Notes under the pieces: model-generated
The model's database searches: none
Seen by the model: only the letters and a program-made list of their open reading frames with translations
Told to the model about the DNA's origin: nothing
Made by a program: the position numbers and the translations under genes
Shown here: piece by piece, positions 1 to 9,110 of the stretch
Layout: every line of letters begins with the position of its first letter
Numbering within the stretch: the stretch's first letter is position 1
NCBI GenBank assembly: GCA_963795735.1
Contig: CAWCIU010000018.1
Span: forward strand, 1,484,684 to 1,548,683
Reading direction: 5' to 3'
Source: an uncultured Acidobacteriota bacterium
GTDB lineage: Bacteria > Acidobacteriota > Thermoanaerobaculia > Multivoradales > UBA5704
DNA: 64,000 bases

Positions 1-113
1 GTTCCGCCACCCGGCTCTTCCACCCTCCCACCTATGCTGCCCGCCATGGTCAAGCCATCCAGGTTCGGAACCACACTCCGCATGGATCATCCCTATCGAG
101 AAGGAGGAGCTGA

Positions 114-1685
114 ATGCGTTGGAATCAGCGGCCGGTATTTCTGCGCCCGCATCGCCCTGTCGCCACCCTCACCGCCGTCGTGAGCCTGCTGGCGGCGGCC
201 GGGAGCCCGGCCCCCGTCCAGGCCACGCCCGCACCCACCACTCCCATCCAGCACGTGGTCGTCATCTTCCAGGAAAACGTCTCTTTCGATCACTATTTCG
301 CGACCTATCCCGTGGCCGCCAACGCCGCCGGCGAGCCGGCCTGGAGCGCGTCGGCCGCGACTCCCAGCGTCAACGGCCTCACCGGGCCGCTGCTCAACCA
401 CAACCCCAACGCCCAGCAGCCCTTCCGCCTCAGCCGCGCGCAGAGCTATACCTGCGACCAGGACCACGACTACACCCCCGAGCAGCAGGCTTTCAACGGC
501 GGCGCGATGGACCGGTTCGTCGAGACGCTCGGCGTCGGCGGCTCGGGCTGCCCGGACTACGGGCACGGGGCCGGCCTGACTATGGGCTACTACGACGGCA
601 ACACCGTGACCGCGCTGTGGAACTATGCCCAGCGCTACGCGATGAGCGACAACTCCTTCGGCACCACCTTCGGGCCCTCGACGCCCGGAGTGATCAACCT
701 GGTCTCGGGGCAGACCGGACGGGTCGACCTCGCGCACACGGTGGGCACGGTTACCGAGGAGGCGGTCATCGACGGCGCCGTGATCGGCGATCCCGATCCC
801 TACTACGACGACTGCGGCAGCCCGACGCAGATCGCCATGAGCGGCCCCAACATCGGCGACCGCCTGAACGCCGCGGGCCTGACCTGGGGCTGGTTCCAGG
901 GCGGCTTCGCCCCCAGTTCCCGGGACGCGGGCGGCAAGGCGACCTGCGCCGCGGCGACCCCGCGCCTCGACGGCACCTCGGTGAAGGACTACAGCGCCCA
1001 TCACCAGCCGTTCCAGTACTACAAGTCGACCTCCAACCCCCATCACCTGCCCCCCACCTCGGCGGCGATGGTCGGGCACACCGACGCGGCGAACCACCAG
1101 TACGACCTGGCGGACTTCTGGAGCGCGGCCGGCGCGGGCAACCTCCCGGCGGTGAGCTTCCTCAAAGCCAAGAAGGGCCAGGACGGGCACGCCGGCTACT
1201 CCTCGCCGCTGGACGAGCAGGTCTTCCTCGTCAACACGCTGAACGCCCTGCAGAAGCTGCCGCAGTGGAGCAGCACCGCGGTGATCATCGCCTACGACGA
1301 TTCGGACGGCTGGTACGACCATGCGATGGGTCCGCTGGTCAATCCGTCCTCCTCCGCCGCCGATGCCCTGAACGGTCCCGGAGTCTGCGGCGACGGCTCC
1401 AAGGCCCTGCGCCACCTCCAGGGGCGCTGCGGCTACGGTCCGCGCCTGCCCCTGCTGGTCGTCTCGCCCTGGGCGAAGACCAACTTCGTCGACCACAGCG
1501 TGACCGATCAGACCTCCATCCTGCGCTTCATCGAGGACAACTGGAGCCTCGGGCGGATCGGCGCCGGCTCCTTCGACCTCCTGGCCGGCCCGCTGAACAA
1601 CCTCTTCGATTTCGCCCGCAAGCAGCCTCGCCACATCGCCCCCTACCTGCTCGACGCCGCGACCGGCGAGCCGGTCAAGCCGTAA
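114..1685 (+). CDS. Secreted phosphoesterase (phospholipase C / AcpA acid phosphatase family)
   Basis: Signal-peptide-like N-terminus; motifs IQHVVVIFQENVSFDHYF, YAMSDN, DDSDGWYDH, GPRLPLLVVSPW, DQTSILRFIE; AGGAGG RBS upstream. Confidence 0.88.
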   Translation: MRWNQRPVFLRPHRPVATLTAVVSLLAAAGSPAPVQATPAPTTPIQHVVVIFQENVSFDHYFATYPVAANAAGEPAWSASAATPSVNGLTGPLLNHNPNAQQPFRLSRAQSYTCDQDHDYTPEQQAFNGGAMDRFVETLGVGGSGCPDYGHGAGLTMGYYDGNTVTALWNYAQRYAMSDNSFGTTFGPSTPGVINLVSGQTGRVDLAHTVGTVTEEAVIDGAVIGDPDPYYDDCGSPTQIAMSGPNIGDRLNAAGLTWGWFQGGFAPSSRDAGGKATCAAATPRLDGTSVKDYSAHHQPFQYYKSTSNPHHLPPTSAAMVGHTDAANHQYDLADFWSAAGAGNLPAVSFLKAKKGQDGHAGYSSPLDEQVFLVNTLNALQKLPQWSSTAVIIAYDDSDGWYDHAMGPLVNPSSSAADALNGPGVCGDGSKALRHLQGRCGYGPRLPLLVVSPWAKTNFVDHSVTDQTSILRFIEDNWSLGRIGAGSFDLLAGPLNNLFDFARKQPRHIAPYLLDAATGEPVKP

Positions 1686-1712
1686 TCCGGATTGGAATCA
1701 AGGATTGGAATC

Positions 1713-1743
1713 AAAAAGAAGGGCTTCCGCCGGGAGCCCTTCT
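1713..1743 (-). terminator. Intrinsic terminator between convergent genes
   Basis: Stem agaagggcttcc/gggagcccttct followed by a T-run on the minus strand; preceded by a duplicated ggattggaatcaa. Confidence 0.65.
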
Positions 1744-1837
1744 CCGTTCCCCTTCTCCGTTTGGAAGGCCGGCCATCTGCCGTTGGGCACCTTCGACCGC
1801 GATCTCGGCAAGCTCGCGGGCACGCAAAGGCTCTGAC

Positions 1838-2980
1838 CTATCGCTTTTCGAACACGTGCGGCACGAACCGGCCGGTGTTGCCGGTCACCAGCCCGCCTTC
1901 GCGAATTCCCATCCCGGCCGGCGCGCCGTCGACGATCCAGCTGCCCAGAATCGGATAATTGCCGTCGAAATCCGGCAGATCGTAGAGGCCCTGGTAGACG
2001 TAGCCTTCGTGGCCGTAGTCGCCGCCGGTCTCGATGAGCGTGCGGCCGTTCCTGACCACGGTGATGTTGGCGCCCTCTCTGGCCAGGAGCGGCTTGCGGA
2101 CGTAGTCCCGGCTCTTCGGCTCGAAAAAGGTTGGCAGGAGATTGGGGTGCCCCGGCTGCATCTCCCAGAGGACCGCCAGCAGCGCCTTGTTGCTCCACAG
2201 CATCTTCCAGATCGGCTCGATCCAGAGCATCGAATCGTAGCTCTCGGCGATGCGCGGACCGAACTCCTCGTTGACCAGCCACTCCCATGGATAGAGGTGG
2301 AACAGCACGTCGATCGGCCGGTTCTCGAGGTCCACGAAACGCCGCAGGCTGGAATCCCAGCCGACGTCTTCGATCAGGATGGGAACGCTGTCGACGCCGG
2401 CCTGCTGGGCGGTGTCCCGCAGGTAGGTGACGGTCAGCGTGTCCTCGCCGGGATCGTCGTCGACGTGAGTAAAGTGGACGCGGCCGGCGCGCAGGTGCGG
2501 GGCGATGTCCCGCCACTTGGCGACCAGGCTCTCGTGCAGGCTGTTGAACTGATCGTGGCGGGGCAGCACCGCCTGCTTCCACTCCCACTGCACCACCGCC
2601 GCCTCGAAGAGCGCGGTCGGGGTATCGCAGTTGTACTCGAAGAGCTTGGGCGGGCTGGCGCCGTCGTAGCCGAGATCGAAACGGCCATGGAAGAGGGCGG
2701 GCGGCTCCTCGTTCCAGGCGCGCTGGATGAACGGCACGGCCCAGGCGGGGATGCCGAACCGCGCGAAGAGGTTGCGGTCGATGATGTACTGCCCGGCGTC
2801 CATGCAGAGCCCCTGGAGCTCGGCGGTGGCCGCCTCGATCTCGTCGATCTGATCGGCGGTGAAGAGATAGTAGGCGCTCTCGTTCCAGTAGGGCCGGCCG
2901 TCGGCGGTGTGCCAGAGCAGCCCGGCGCGCTCCACCTGCTCCTGCCAGTCGGGACGGGGCTCGATCGGAATCCGCTTCAT
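1838..2980 (-). CDS. Glutathionylspermidine synthase-like ATP-grasp protein (YgiC family)
   Basis: YWNESAYY, GRFDL, KLFEYNCDTPTALFEA, LYPWEW, EPIWK..SNKALL, KPLLAREGAN, GIRE, RFVPH. Confidence 0.9.
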   Translation of the reverse strand: MKRIPIEPRPDWQEQVERAGLLWHTADGRPYWNESAYYLFTADQIDEIEAATAELQGLCMDAGQYIIDRNLFARFGIPAWAVPFIQRAWNEEPPALFHGRFDLGYDGASPPKLFEYNCDTPTALFEAAVVQWEWKQAVLPRHDQFNSLHESLVAKWRDIAPHLRAGRVHFTHVDDDPGEDTLTVTYLRDTAQQAGVDSVPILIEDVGWDSSLRRFVDLENRPIDVLFHLYPWEWLVNEEFGPRIAESYDSMLWIEPIWKMLWSNKALLAVLWEMQPGHPNLLPTFFEPKSRDYVRKPLLAREGANITVVRNGRTLIETGGDYGHEGYVYQGLYDLPDFDGNYPILGSWIVDGAPAGMGIREGGLVTGNTGRFVPHVFEKR

Positions 2981-3025
2981 GTCAATCTCCCGGTATCAGC
3001 CTGGATCTTCCTGGATCCGCCTGGA

Positions 3026-3381
3026 TCAGCTGCCCGCGTGGCCGGAGGCGTGGGCCGAGCTGCCGAAGCCGCCGCGGCTGACGCTGCTGAAACCGCTCGC
3101 AGGGGAAGCTCGAACCGGAAGAGGAGGAGCCGCCCCGAACGGTGGCGCCGAAGGGCGGCATGGCGCCGCCGCCGGTCACGTAGTACCAGTGATGGAAGGA
3201 GCTTCCGGTAGCGGTTGTCCCGGCATTGATCGTCGGGCAGCCGGCGGCCCTGCTGATCGACGCAGACCCGGGTCGAGGACCGGGAGCCGTCGCAGCCGAA
3301 CGCGAGCAGGGCGGCGGAGACCGCCGGCACCAGCACGAGCTTGAACCGGTTCCGGGGTTTCCGGGGTCCGCGGTCGGTCAT
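3026..3381 (-). CDS. YgiB-like small lipoprotein (two apparent frameshifts)
   Basis: Lipobox-like LLAFGC; joining frames gives ...HHWYYVTGGG...SSVSRGGFGSSAHASGHAGS*, with the SRGGFG tail typical of YgiC partners. Confidence 0.6.
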
Positions 3382-3508
3382 AGATTCTCCATACGAAAAA
3401 CCGGCGCGCGGGTTTGCTCTCCGGAGCCTGGCGTCGGTCAGGCTATTTTACCGGACTCGGGCTCTGCTACTCTTCGCTCCCAGTGGACTCCCTGCCTCCG
3501 CGACACGG

Positions 3509-5203
3509 ATGAACCTGCTCGACTCCCGACGCCTGACCGGCCCGAACCTGCTCCTCGACCGCCCGGGAGCGGTGATCGAGGTCTCCCTGTCTCCAGAGGA
3601 GGCTCCCCGGGCGGTGATGGCCTGGACGGCCCAGGTCCGGCGGATGCTCGACGCGGTCGGCTGGGGGGACGAGGAGATCGCGGTCCGGCTCTTCCCCGGC
3701 GGGGCGAGCCTGGCGATCTCGGCCCCCATCGACGGTCTCTATGCCGCGACGGACCTCGCCGACTGGGCCTGGTTCGCGGCCGAGGACGTGATGGCCGGCC
3801 GCCGGGAGCCCGACGTCTCCAAGGCCAAGGAGCTGATCCGGGCGGAGATCGCGCGGGAGGCGAACCCGGCCCTGGTGGCCCTGCGGGACGCCGCCGCGGA
3901 CCGCGGCGTCGCCTTTCTCGCCGACGATCGCCTGGCCTCGGTGGGGCTCGGGGCGGGCTCGCGCTGCTGGCCGGTGGAGGCCCTTCCCCGCCCCGAGGAG
4001 ATCGACTGGAGCGGGATCCACGACGTCCCCGTGCTGCTGGTGACCGGGACCAACGGCAAGACCACCACCGTCCGGCTGCTGGCGGCCATGGTGGACGCCG
4101 CGGAGCGGATGGCCGGGGTGACGTCCACCGACCGCATCGAGGTCGGCGGCGAGGTGATCGAGCCCGGGGACTTCTCCGGCCCCGGCGGCGCCCGCACCCT
4201 GCTGCGCGACCGGCGGGTGGAGGTGGCGATCCTGGAGACCGCCCGCGGCGGCCTGCTGCGGCGGGGGCTGGCGGTGAGCCGGGTGGACGCCGCCCTGGTC
4301 ACCAACATCGCCGCCGATCATCTGGGCGAGTTCGGGGTCCACGACCTGCCGTCGCTGGCCGCGGCCAAGCTGATCGTCGCCAAGGCGGTCGGACCGCGGG
4401 GCCGGGTCGTGCTCAACGCGGACGATCCCGAGCTGGTCGCCGCGGCCGGCCGGCTCCAGGCGCCCATCGTCTGGTTCAGCCTCGACGCCGGAAACCCGCG
4501 GGTGCGGCAGGCCCTGGCGGCGGGAGGCGAGGCGGTCTATCTGGAGGAGGGGTTCCTGGTCCTGGCCCGGGGAGGCGAACAGATCCAGGTGATCCGGTCC
4601 GAGGAGGCGCCGGTCACCTTCGGCGGCGTGGCGCGGCACAACGTCGCCAACGCGCTGGCGGCGATCGCCCTGGCGGCGGCGATCGGCATCCCGACCGAGG
4701 ACATGGCCAAAGGGCTGCGGCGGATCGGCAACAATCCGCGGGACAACCCCGGACGCACCAACCTCTTCGAGCGGGATGGCGTCCGCATCCTGCTCGACTA
4801 CGCCCACAATCCCCACGGCCTCGCGGCGCTGCTCGAGGTCGCCCGCTCCCTCCCCGCGGAGCGCCGGCTGCTGGTGCTCGGCCAGGCCGGCGACCGCGAT
4901 GACGAGGCCCTGCGCGACTTCGCCCGCGCCGCCCTCCCCTTCGAGGCGGACCGCATCGTCCTCAAGGAGCTCTCCGAGATGCTGCGCGGCCGGCCGGAGG
5001 GGGAAGTGCCGGCGATCCTGGAGGGCGAGCTGCTCCGCCTGGGGGTCGCTCCGGAGCGCCTCGAGCGCGCCCCCTCGGAGCTGGAGGCGGTCGAGCAGGC
5101 GCTGGCTTGGGCCCTGCCCGGGGACCTGCTGATCCTGCTGGTCCACAGCCAGCGCGACGCGGTGCTGGAGGTGATCCGGGGCTGGATGGAGCCAGCCGGG
5201 TAG
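3509..5203 (+). CDS. CphA-like Mur ligase (CphA N domain + M domain, no ATP-grasp domain)
   Basis: Start MNLLDSRRLTGPNL parallels CphA MKILETRVYRGPNL; Mur motifs VTGTNGKTTT, ETARGG, NIAADHLG, LNADD, DYAHNPHG, GDRDD; ~565 aa. Confidence 0.82.
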   Translation: MNLLDSRRLTGPNLLLDRPGAVIEVSLSPEEAPRAVMAWTAQVRRMLDAVGWGDEEIAVRLFPGGASLAISAPIDGLYAATDLADWAWFAAEDVMAGRREPDVSKAKELIRAEIAREANPALVALRDAAADRGVAFLADDRLASVGLGAGSRCWPVEALPRPEEIDWSGIHDVPVLLVTGTNGKTTTVRLLAAMVDAAERMAGVTSTDRIEVGGEVIEPGDFSGPGGARTLLRDRRVEVAILETARGGLLRRGLAVSRVDAALVTNIAADHLGEFGVHDLPSLAAAKLIVAKAVGPRGRVVLNADDPELVAAAGRLQAPIVWFSLDAGNPRVRQALAAGGEAVYLEEGFLVLARGGEQIQVIRSEEAPVTFGGVARHNVANALAAIALAAAIGIPTEDMAKGLRRIGNNPRDNPGRTNLFERDGVRILLDYAHNPHGLAALLEVARSLPAERRLLVLGQAGDRDDEALRDFARAALPFEADRIVLKELSEMLRGRPEGEVPAILEGELLRLGVAPERLERAPSELEAVEQALAWALPGDLLILLVHSQRDAVLEVIRGWMEPAG

Positions 5204-5206
5204 GCC

Positions 5207-7909
5207 TTACCCCCTCCCCACCCCGACCAGCTCACCCTGCGGAACGCCGGCGGGCTTCGCCGCGTTCGGCTGGGGTTTGAAGTGGACGATCTGCTCCCAG
5301 ATGCGGTCGAGCTTATCGCCGAAGATCACCACCAGATCTCCCGCGCAGGCCGTCTCCAGGGCCTTGGTGACGGCCTCCTCCTCGCGGAAAACCTGCGGGA
5401 CGATCCGCTCGGCGGGGAAGCCGGCCCCGGTCAGGCCCCGCCGCAGCACGGCGGCTACCTCCCCCGGCTGGCGGTTCCTCAGGTCGTCGTCCTCGCGCAG
5501 CAGGATGAGGTCGAAGGCCGGCGCGGCGGCGCTGGCGAGGGCGGCGATATCCTCGTCGCGGCGGTCGCCGGGCGCGGCGATCACCCCGATCCGCCGGCCG
5601 TGTACGGCGAGCTCGCGCACCGTCCGCGCCACCGCTTCCATGCCGTGGGCGTTGTGGGCGTAGTCGAGGAGGACCCGGAACGGGTGCTCGTTGTAGAAGT
5701 TGAGCCGCCCCGGCGCCTGGAAGAAGTCGTTCGAGAAGGTGCGCAGCCCCTGGCGGATGTTGTCCACCCCGACCCCCATGCCGTGGACGATCGCGGCGGC
5801 GAACATGGCGTTCTGGATGTTGTGGAGCGCCCGCCCCTCGATGGTCGCCGGGATCTGCCGCGCCCAGAGCAGGGGGATCTGCCGCTCGCCCTGGTAGAGC
5901 GCGATCATCCGGCCGTTCAGGCCCTCCTCCAGCACCACCGCCTTGCCCTTGGCGCGGACGTGCTCGCGCACCCGCTCATTCTTGTGATCCATGGTGACCC
6001 AGATCGGCTCGGCCGGGCTCGCCGCGGCCATCGCCGCCACCCGCTCGTCGTCGGCGTTGAGGACGACGTAGTCCTGCGCCACCTCGGCGATGATCTGCTT
6101 GACCTTGGCGAGGTCGTCCACGCTCTCGATGCCGCCGAGACCCAGGTGGTCGGCGGCGACGTTGAGCACCGCGCCGACGTTGCACGTGCGCCAGCCGAGG
6201 CCGGAGCGAACGATGCCGCCGCGGGCGCTTTCGAGCACCGCGGCGTCGATCGTGGGGTCGCGGAGCACCAGCTGGCTCGACCAGGGGCCGGTCATGTCGC
6301 CGCGGACGGTGCGCACACCGTCGATGTAGACGCCGTCGGTCGTCGCCATCCCCACTTTGTGGCCGGAGAGCTTGAGGATGTGCCCCACCATGCGGGTGGT
6401 GGTCGTCTTGCCGTTGGTGCCGGTGATCGCCGCGATGGGGATGCGGAAGCGGGTGCCGCGCGGAAAGAGCATGTCGATCACCGGCCCGGCCACGTCCCGC
6501 GGCTTGCCCTCGGTGGGCGCCAGGTGCATGCGGAAGCCGGGCGCCGCGTTGATCTCGACGATGGCGCCGCCCACCTCCCGGTGGCTGCGGGTGATGTCGG
6601 GGCAGATGAAATCAACGCCGCCGACGTCGAGCCCGATCGCCGCCACCGCCCGCTCGGCCATCAGCCGGTTGTCCTCGTGGATCACGTCCGTCAGGTCGAT
6701 CGCGGTGCCGCCGGTCGACAGGTTGCCCGTCGAGCGGAGGTAGACCACCTGCCCCGCGGCCGGCACGGAGTCGAGCGTCAGGCCGGCGAGCGCGAGCAGG
6801 CGCAGCGCCTGATCGTCGACGGCCAGGCGGGTGAGCACCTTCTCGTGGCCGATGCCGCGCCGGGGATCGGCGTTGACGAGGTCGATCAGCTCGGCGACCG
6901 TGTGCCCGCCGTCCCCCACCACGTGCCCCGGGACCCGCCGGGCCACCGCCACCACCTTGCCGTCGATCACCAGGATGCGGTGGTCCTGGCCCGGCTGGCA
7001 GGCCTCGACGAGCACCCGCGTGGAGAGCTCGCGCGCCTTCTCGTAGGCCGCCAGGACGTCCTCCGCGGTCTTGAGGTTGATCGACACGGCGGTGCCGTGG
7101 TTGCCGTCGAGCGGCTTGACCACCACCGGGAAGCCCAGCCGCTCCGCCTCCTCCACCGCCTCGGCGGCGTCGTAGACGATCGCCTGCCGGGATACGGGAA
7201 GGCCGAGCTGCTCGAGGATCTGGTGGGTCAGCCGCTTGTCGGAGGCGATCTCGGTGGCGATCTGGCGGGTCTCGCTGGTGATGGTCGCCTGGATACGCTT
7301 CTGATACTTGCCGTAGCCGAGCTGCACCAGCGAGCCCTCGTTCAGGCGGATCCACGGGATGTCGCGCTCCTCGGCGGCCTTCACCAGGGCCGCGGTCGAG
7401 GGACCCAGGGCCCGGCGCTGCGCCAGATGGACCAGCTTCTCGAACTCGGAGCGAAAATCGAACGGCGAGGGATCGTAATCCTCGCGCTCGGGAGGGAGCA
7501 GGTGGCGGACGATGCTCAGCGCCAGGTCCCCCGCCGCCAGCCCGACTTCCTCTTCAATGTAGCTGTAGACGACGTGATACTGCCCCTTGGGCAGCCCTTC
7601 GCCCCGGGTCTTGCCGAAGCTGACGGGCGTGCCCGCCAGGCACTGGAGCTCGATGGCGATGTGCTCCAGGACGTGACCGAGCCAGGTCCCCTCCTCCTCC
7701 CTCATCCGGCGCACGAAGCCGCCGTCCTCCCCATAGGAGCAGCCGTGCTGCCAGAGGGTGGGGATCATCTCGAGCAGCCGGTCGGTGAAGCCGGGGAGCT
7801 CGACCGTCGGGAAGCCCTCCAGCTCGCCGAGGTCCAGACGCAGCCGGATCATCGGCCAGAGGGCGTAGAGGTTGGGACCGCGATAGACCCGAGTCTCCAG
7901 GATTTTCAT
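5207..7909 (-). CDS. cphA: Cyanophycin synthetase CphA1
   Basis: 900 aa; N domain HVLEH..ELQ; ATP-grasp VVVKPLDGNHG, NLSTGG, EINAAPGFRMH; Mur domain TGTNGKTTT, DYAHN. Confidence 0.96.
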   Translation of the reverse strand: MKILETRVYRGPNLYALWPMIRLRLDLGELEGFPTVELPGFTDRLLEMIPTLWQHGCSYGEDGGFVRRMREEEGTWLGHVLEHIAIELQCLAGTPVSFGKTRGEGLPKGQYHVVYSYIEEEVGLAAGDLALSIVRHLLPPEREDYDPSPFDFRSEFEKLVHLAQRRALGPSTAALVKAAEERDIPWIRLNEGSLVQLGYGKYQKRIQATITSETRQIATEIASDKRLTHQILEQLGLPVSRQAIVYDAAEAVEEAERLGFPVVVKPLDGNHGTAVSINLKTAEDVLAAYEKARELSTRVLVEACQPGQDHRILVIDGKVVAVARRVPGHVVGDGGHTVAELIDLVNADPRRGIGHEKVLTRLAVDDQALRLLALAGLTLDSVPAAGQVVYLRSTGNLSTGGTAIDLTDVIHEDNRLMAERAVAAIGLDVGGVDFICPDITRSHREVGGAIVEINAAPGFRMHLAPTEGKPRDVAGPVIDMLFPRGTRFRIPIAAITGTNGKTTTTRMVGHILKLSGHKVGMATTDGVYIDGVRTVRGDMTGPWSSQLVLRDPTIDAAVLESARGGIVRSGLGWRTCNVGAVLNVAADHLGLGGIESVDDLAKVKQIIAEVAQDYVVLNADDERVAAMAAASPAEPIWVTMDHKNERVREHVRAKGKAVVLEEGLNGRMIALYQGERQIPLLWARQIPATIEGRALHNIQNAMFAAAIVHGMGVGVDNIRQGLRTFSNDFFQAPGRLNFYNEHPFRVLLDYAHNAHGMEAVARTVRELAVHGRRIGVIAAPGDRRDEDIAALASAAAPAFDLILLREDDDLRNRQPGEVAAVLRRGLTGAGFPAERIVPQVFREEEAVTKALETACAGDLVVIFGDKLDRIWEQIVHFKPQPNAAKPAGVPQGELVGVGRG

Positions 7910-7977
7910 GGTCGCGAGGTCTCCGTATAGATCAGGTTTCCTGGATAAATCGATGCCATTTTTAGAGCAGAAATTAG

Positions 7978-7993
7978 AGCAAAGGGTGTGCCA
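7978..7993 (-). promoter_or_regulatory. Sigma54-type -24/-12 promoter for cphA
   Basis: Minus strand TGGCACACCCTTTGCT with GG and GC exactly 12 nt apart, in an AT-rich gap ~70 nt upstream of the ATG. Confidence 0.65.
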
Positions 7994-8020
7994 TAAGACC
8001 GGGATTAACTCCCGGGCGTT

Positions 8021-8980
8021 CTATTCCCCGCCATCCTCCCCGCCATCCTCGGACGCCACGGAGATCTCTTCCGCTTCCGTCATCACGGCTTCGGTCATTA
8101 CCGGCGGGCGCTCGGGCGAGCGCCGGTCCATGGGCTCGAGGTGGATCATCGGCGGCGGGGTGATCCCCTGGCGGCGCTTCAGGTCGTAGCGGCAGCCGGT
8201 GGTCAGGAAGTCGAGCTTCAATCCCATCATCGCCACCGGCTGGCCGCGGTGGACGGCGTGGCTGTCGGTGAAGCGCATCGCGGAGGCGTCGACCACCATC
8301 ACCGCGCCGGCGCCGAGGACGGACAGCTCACCGTTGCCGCTGAGGATGGCCGCCGTGTCCTCGTCGATGCCCACGCCGAGGGGTTCCGGATTGTAAGAAA
8401 GTGCTGTCAGCAGCCGCCCCAACCGGTCGCGGCGGCGGAAATGCTGATCGATGATCACGTCCGGGGCGAGCCCCAGCCCCTTGGCGAGGTGGACGAGCCG
8501 GCGGCGGGGCGTCGCGCCGCTCTCCCCCAGGGCGATCATGTGCTCGGAGAGCAGGGCCGCGCCCGCGCTGGTGCCGGCCACCACCATGCCGGCGGCGTGG
8601 CGGGCGCGGATGGTCCGGGCGATGTCGGTGCCGCCGAGCACGGAGGAGAGCTTGAGCTGGCTGCCGCCGGTGATGAACAGGCCGGTCGCGTACTCCAGCA
8701 GGTCGTGCGCCTCCGGGCCCGCCTCCATGGCGTCCTCGCGGGTGTCGATCTTGAGCACCTCGACGCTCTCGGCGCGCAGGGCGAGGAAGAGGTCGGCGTA
8801 GCGCTCGCCGGCGTCCGGCGCCTCGGAGGCGGTGGCAAGCACCACGACGCTCGCGTCCGGTCCCCCGGCCGCCTCCAGGAAATAGCGCAGGATGATCCGC
8901 TCGCGGGTCTTGTCCTCGGCGCCGCCGATGGCGATCAGCAGCCCGGGATGGGTGACGTGGGGAATCGTGAGGACGTCCAT
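8021..8980 (-). CDS. cphB: Cyanophycinase
   Basis: LIAIGGAEDK, FITGGSQ, catalytic GTSAGA, IIDQHF, GIDEDTA; upstream of cphA; start taken at MDVLT. Confidence 0.92.
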   Translation of the reverse strand: MDVLTIPHVTHPGLLIAIGGAEDKTRERIILRYFLEAAGGPDASVVVLATASEAPDAGERYADLFLALRAESVEVLKIDTREDAMEAGPEAHDLLEYATGLFITGGSQLKLSSVLGGTDIARTIRARHAAGMVVAGTSAGAALLSEHMIALGESGATPRRRLVHLAKGLGLAPDVIIDQHFRRRDRLGRLLTALSYNPEPLGVGIDEDTAAILSGNGELSVLGAGAVMVVDASAMRFTDSHAVHRGQPVAMMGLKLDFLTTGCRYDLKRRQGITPPPMIHLEPMDRRSPERPPVMTEAVMTEAEEISVASEDGGEDGGE

Positions 8981-8993
8981 GATCCCTTTCCTT

Positions 8994-9044
8994 GGCAAAG
9001 AAAATGCCAGATCACGGTCCAGAGCAGCAGGCACGATTTCTGCT
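8994..9044. promoter_or_regulatory. Back-to-back sigma54-like motifs in the divergent gap
   Basis: Minus TGGCATTTTCTTTGCC (9009-8994) toward cphB; plus AGGCACGATTTCTGCT (9029-9044) toward the 9111 gene; both have 12-nt GG-GC spacing. Confidence 0.45.
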
Positions 9045-9110
9045 ATCTGTGATGATTTGAGGGAATTCGCACAGCGCTCTGTGCCACTTTCTATGCTGGA
9101 GGGAAGAATC

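Noticed and set aside
119-3211. Long alternative-frame ORFs (e.g. 1030 aa here, 22760-26215, 23878-27135, 50116-52650)
   Set aside because: Arg/Pro/Gly-rich shadow ORFs expected at high GC, overlapping genes with clear motifs
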